From the NCBI GenBank assembly GCA_963806425.1, contig CAWDYB010000010.1, positions 223,453 to 287,452 of the forward strand: a stretch of 64,000 bases of DNA, written 5' to 3'. This document shows, piece by piece, positions 61,959 through 64,000 of this stretch. The translations under genes were made by a program, and so were the position numbers. Position 1 is the stretch's first letter, and every line of letters starts with the position of its first letter. The notes beneath the pieces are model-generated. The model was given only the letters and a program-made list of their open reading frames with translations. It was not told where the DNA came from and did not search any database. Origin of the DNA: an uncultured Bacteroidota bacterium. GTDB lineage: Bacteria; Bacteroidota; Bacteroidia; Chitinophagales; Chitinophagaceae.

Positions 61959-63689
61959 TTAGTTAGTAACTAATGTGCCCCTCCACGGTAATTGTACGAA
62001 AGGAAAGTTTGCCTGGAATGTGGTGTCGTTTCTATTTACTCCGGTGCTGTATCCAAGTACATCAAGCAGATCCTGAGTTACAAGAGTAGAACCATCATAA
62101 TCATCGTAAGGAAGACCAATTGCTGCCAGTACAACGCCACCTACAGCCTGTAATTCAATACGGGTTACATCATCTTCAAGCCTTCTTCCGTTAGGAAATC
62201 CATCCATATTTGGAATGAACTGAAGATTAGCATTTCCGTTATAAGCAGGGTCTGTTAAACCAAGAACTGCTGCCTGAACAAGTCCAAGAGAACTAAATTT
62301 AGGGTCATTTCTTGGGGTTACAGGTACAGCCATATTAAGGCGTAACATATCGCCGCCATTAGGTAAAAAGTTATTTACAAATGGTTTGCCTACAGCAAGT
62401 GGGTCACCGTTTTTGCCGGTAGCCAGCTGGTATGGGGGCAGGTTTGGAACTCCTGTATGAAAAACTGGCCAAATATCCACTGACCTTGGTTGTCCTGGTC
62501 CGGGAAGTAATAAACTGCCAAATGCATCTTCATCAAGGGCAGTGCCTTCTACAGCAGGGGTGCCTTTAAGCGGGTAAAGACCATCCTGTCCGTTACCGAA
62601 TCCGAAAGTACCCAGAGAATTTTTCTGAATTCTTAATGGTTCAAATGCGGGAACCGCAGCGGCAAAATAAGCGCTGTCCATATAAAGGGCAAGCTCAGGG
62701 TTGTAATAGAAATTTCCGAAAGTGGAAAGGTTTGCCAGGTCCTGGTAAGGAGTCAATGAATTCCAAAGGTCTTTGTAACCGATTGGAACAACTGCTTCAT
62801 TATTTAAAGGCATTCCTAAACGAGAAACCTGAACCCAGGGTCCTTTATGAGTAACTGAATCTGTACCTGGTTGTAATACCCTGGTAGATTTACGGCTGGC
62901 AGATGCCCAAACACCAATAATATAATTGGGGTCAAGAATATCTGAAGCCATAGTTACGGGCTTGTGGTCTTTCTGAATATCCTGGATGTTTACCTGAATA
63001 CAAATGGCATGGGTATTATAATGGCCCAAACCATCGCGTGGCTGACCATTCTGGCGGGGTGCATCACCCACATCGAAAATACCTCCAAGGTCAACAAAAA
63101 ACGGATCATCCATAGGTCCGCAGAAAATGGTTTCTCCACTTTTTGCAGTAGTAATGGCGTTAAATGACAAAGCAGCGTAGCTCGAATTTAATCCATAAGT
63201 GCCACCGATAGATCTAGCGCCAATATCGTTTGGCGGAACAACACCGTTAGTAACAATGGTCTTAAATGTTGCACCACCATCCAGACTTTTCTGGCATTTG
63301 TAGGTAGTTTTTAAGTTTTGTTTTCCAAGGCGGATGTTGAAAAAGGTTGTCGTGTCTTCGTTTACGCTGGAAAAAGTAAACCTGTAAATAATATCATCAC
63401 CCGGTGTAGCAAGGTTGTTGTCGATGTGTACTTCGTAACGCACATCACTACCAAAGGTGTAATAATTTGGACCGCCATAAGGCAGTTCAGCCGGTATGTA
63501 ATTGGCAATAATCACGATCTTATTGTCATTTACCGGGCTTTTAAAAACATAGAGGTCCGTGTTATCGGCCAATGGATCATCGGCGATCAGCGGAGCCTCC
63601 CTGTGACTGGAACTCATAAGAACGCCCGATATACCTAATGCAAATAGCACAGGAATAAGCATTCTCTTTGCTCTTTTTCTGAAGTTCAT
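61959..63689 (-). CDS. DUF4331 family secreted protein (paralog A, no T9SS CTD)
   Basis: 576 aa with a signal peptide followed by SSHREAPLIADDPLADNTDLYVF, the conserved N-terminal DUF4331 signature. It lies 14 nt upstream of paralog B. Confidence 0.8.
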   Translation of the reverse strand: MNFRKRAKRMLIPVLFALGISGVLMSSSHREAPLIADDPLADNTDLYVFKSPVNDNKIVIIANYIPAELPYGGPNYYTFGSDVRYEVHIDNNLATPGDDIIYRFTFSSVNEDTTTFFNIRLGKQNLKTTYKCQKSLDGGATFKTIVTNGVVPPNDIGARSIGGTYGLNSSYAALSFNAITTAKSGETIFCGPMDDPFFVDLGGIFDVGDAPRQNGQPRDGLGHYNTHAICIQVNIQDIQKDHKPVTMASDILDPNYIIGVWASASRKSTRVLQPGTDSVTHKGPWVQVSRLGMPLNNEAVVPIGYKDLWNSLTPYQDLANLSTFGNFYYNPELALYMDSAYFAAAVPAFEPLRIQKNSLGTFGFGNGQDGLYPLKGTPAVEGTALDEDAFGSLLLPGPGQPRSVDIWPVFHTGVPNLPPYQLATGKNGDPLAVGKPFVNNFLPNGGDMLRLNMAVPVTPRNDPKFSSLGLVQAAVLGLTDPAYNGNANLQFIPNMDGFPNGRRLEDDVTRIELQAVGGVVLAAIGLPYDDYDGSTLVTQDLLDVLGYSTGVNRNDTTFQANFPFVQLPWRGTLVTN

Positions 63690-63717
63690 AAATGTTTGAT
63701 TTAATAATGAAGAATAA

Positions 63718-63745
63718 AAAGCAGCATTGTAGTTAAAGCTGCTTT
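63718..63745 (-). promoter_or_regulatory. terminator-like hairpin in the 5' leader of DUF4331 paralog A
   Basis: The minus-strand RNA reads AAAGCAGC-UUUAACUACAAU-GCUGCUUU followed by UUAUUCUUC. The hairpin ends 28 nt before the ATG at 63689. Confidence 0.4.
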
Positions 63746-63804
63746 AGCGAATTATATATACGAAATGTTAACAGCCGGCAGATTTTCAAAACCCCAATGA
63801 TTTT

Positions 63805-63834
63805 TTTATTGCATATATAAATTATTATATAAAA
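63805..63834. promoter_or_regulatory. AT-rich motif upstream of the DUF4331 unit, partner of 59786-59818
   Basis: tttattgcatatataaattattatataaaa lies between the upstream terminator (63839-63861) and the DUF4331 start. This is the same relative position as the partner motif. Confidence 0.45.
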
Positions 63835-63838
63835 CCAA

Positions 63839-63861
63839 AAACCCCCGTAAAACGGGGGTTT
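63839..63861 (-). terminator. intrinsic terminator of the upstream minus-strand gene
   Basis: aacccccg-taaaa-cgggggtt hairpin followed on the minus strand by a T-rich tract. Confidence 0.7.
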
Positions 63862-63878
63862 CAATAAAAAATACCAAT

Positions 63879-64000
63879 TTAATTGCCTGAGTCTGGCTGC
63901 AACTGCACCCCCTGCTCGGGGTTTGGAATTGCTTTTCCGTTATACAGGTTATCCATATTTTCCAGGTCGTTTAATAAACTTTGCGCTATTCTTTTTTCCT
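63879..64000 (-). CDS. C-terminal end of an unidentified protein (gene runs off the right edge)
   Basis: The minus-strand frame is open to the window edge and reads ...EKRIAQSLLNDLENMDNLYNGKAIPNPEQGVQLQPDSGN, with a stop at 63879-63881 followed by a terminator. Confidence 0.4.
   Translation of the reverse strand, partial: EKRIAQSLLNDLENMDNLYNGKAIPNPEQGVQLQPDSGN

Overview
This is a chromosomal segment of a Bacteroidota genome. The evidence is T9SS C-terminal sorting domains, a Rho with a long charged N-terminal insertion, lipoprotein signal peptides and AT-rich intergenic DNA. It is probably Chitinophagia- or Sphingobacteriia-like, but I cannot go further without a database search. The content is mainly housekeeping and metabolic: trpE-trpG-trpD, cytochrome c plus a PQQ-type dehydrogenase, SOD, tadA, LOG, xth, a carotenoid module (CarH/LitR-like regulator, ECF sigma, crtI, crtB), a Lys/Ala-rich histone-H1-like protein, PDH E2, dnaX, GT2, dipeptide epimerase, ALDH, GPx, SDR, ssb, recX, pullulanase, rsgA, glpF-glpD-glpK, fucosidase, rho, asnS, tRNA-Phe, a sulfatase/sulfotransferase group and trehalase plus MFS. 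I saw no CRISPR array, rRNA, transposase or integrase. The most interesting region is a co-directional 9-kb cluster at the right end (54.4-63.7 kb). It holds two tandem DUF4331 paralogs, a TPR protein, a HupE/UreJ membrane protein, an unknown protein, a PAP2/vanadate-haloperoxidase-like lipoprotein and an OM beta-barrel. I propose it as an uncharacterised envelope metal or oxyanion system. Other findings: a clear Trp-codon leader peptide attenuator upstream of trpE. An A9 slippery run in dnaX placed to yield a gamma-like product. A CarH-type B12 photoreceptor signature next to an ECF sigma and crtIB. A roughly 200-bp palindromic element with perfect 22-bp terminal inverted repeats. Caveat: about fifteen genes have broken reading frames, and the breaks are extremely dense in rho, asnS and one DUF4331 paralog. 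This is more consistent with local assembly indel errors than with true pseudogenes.
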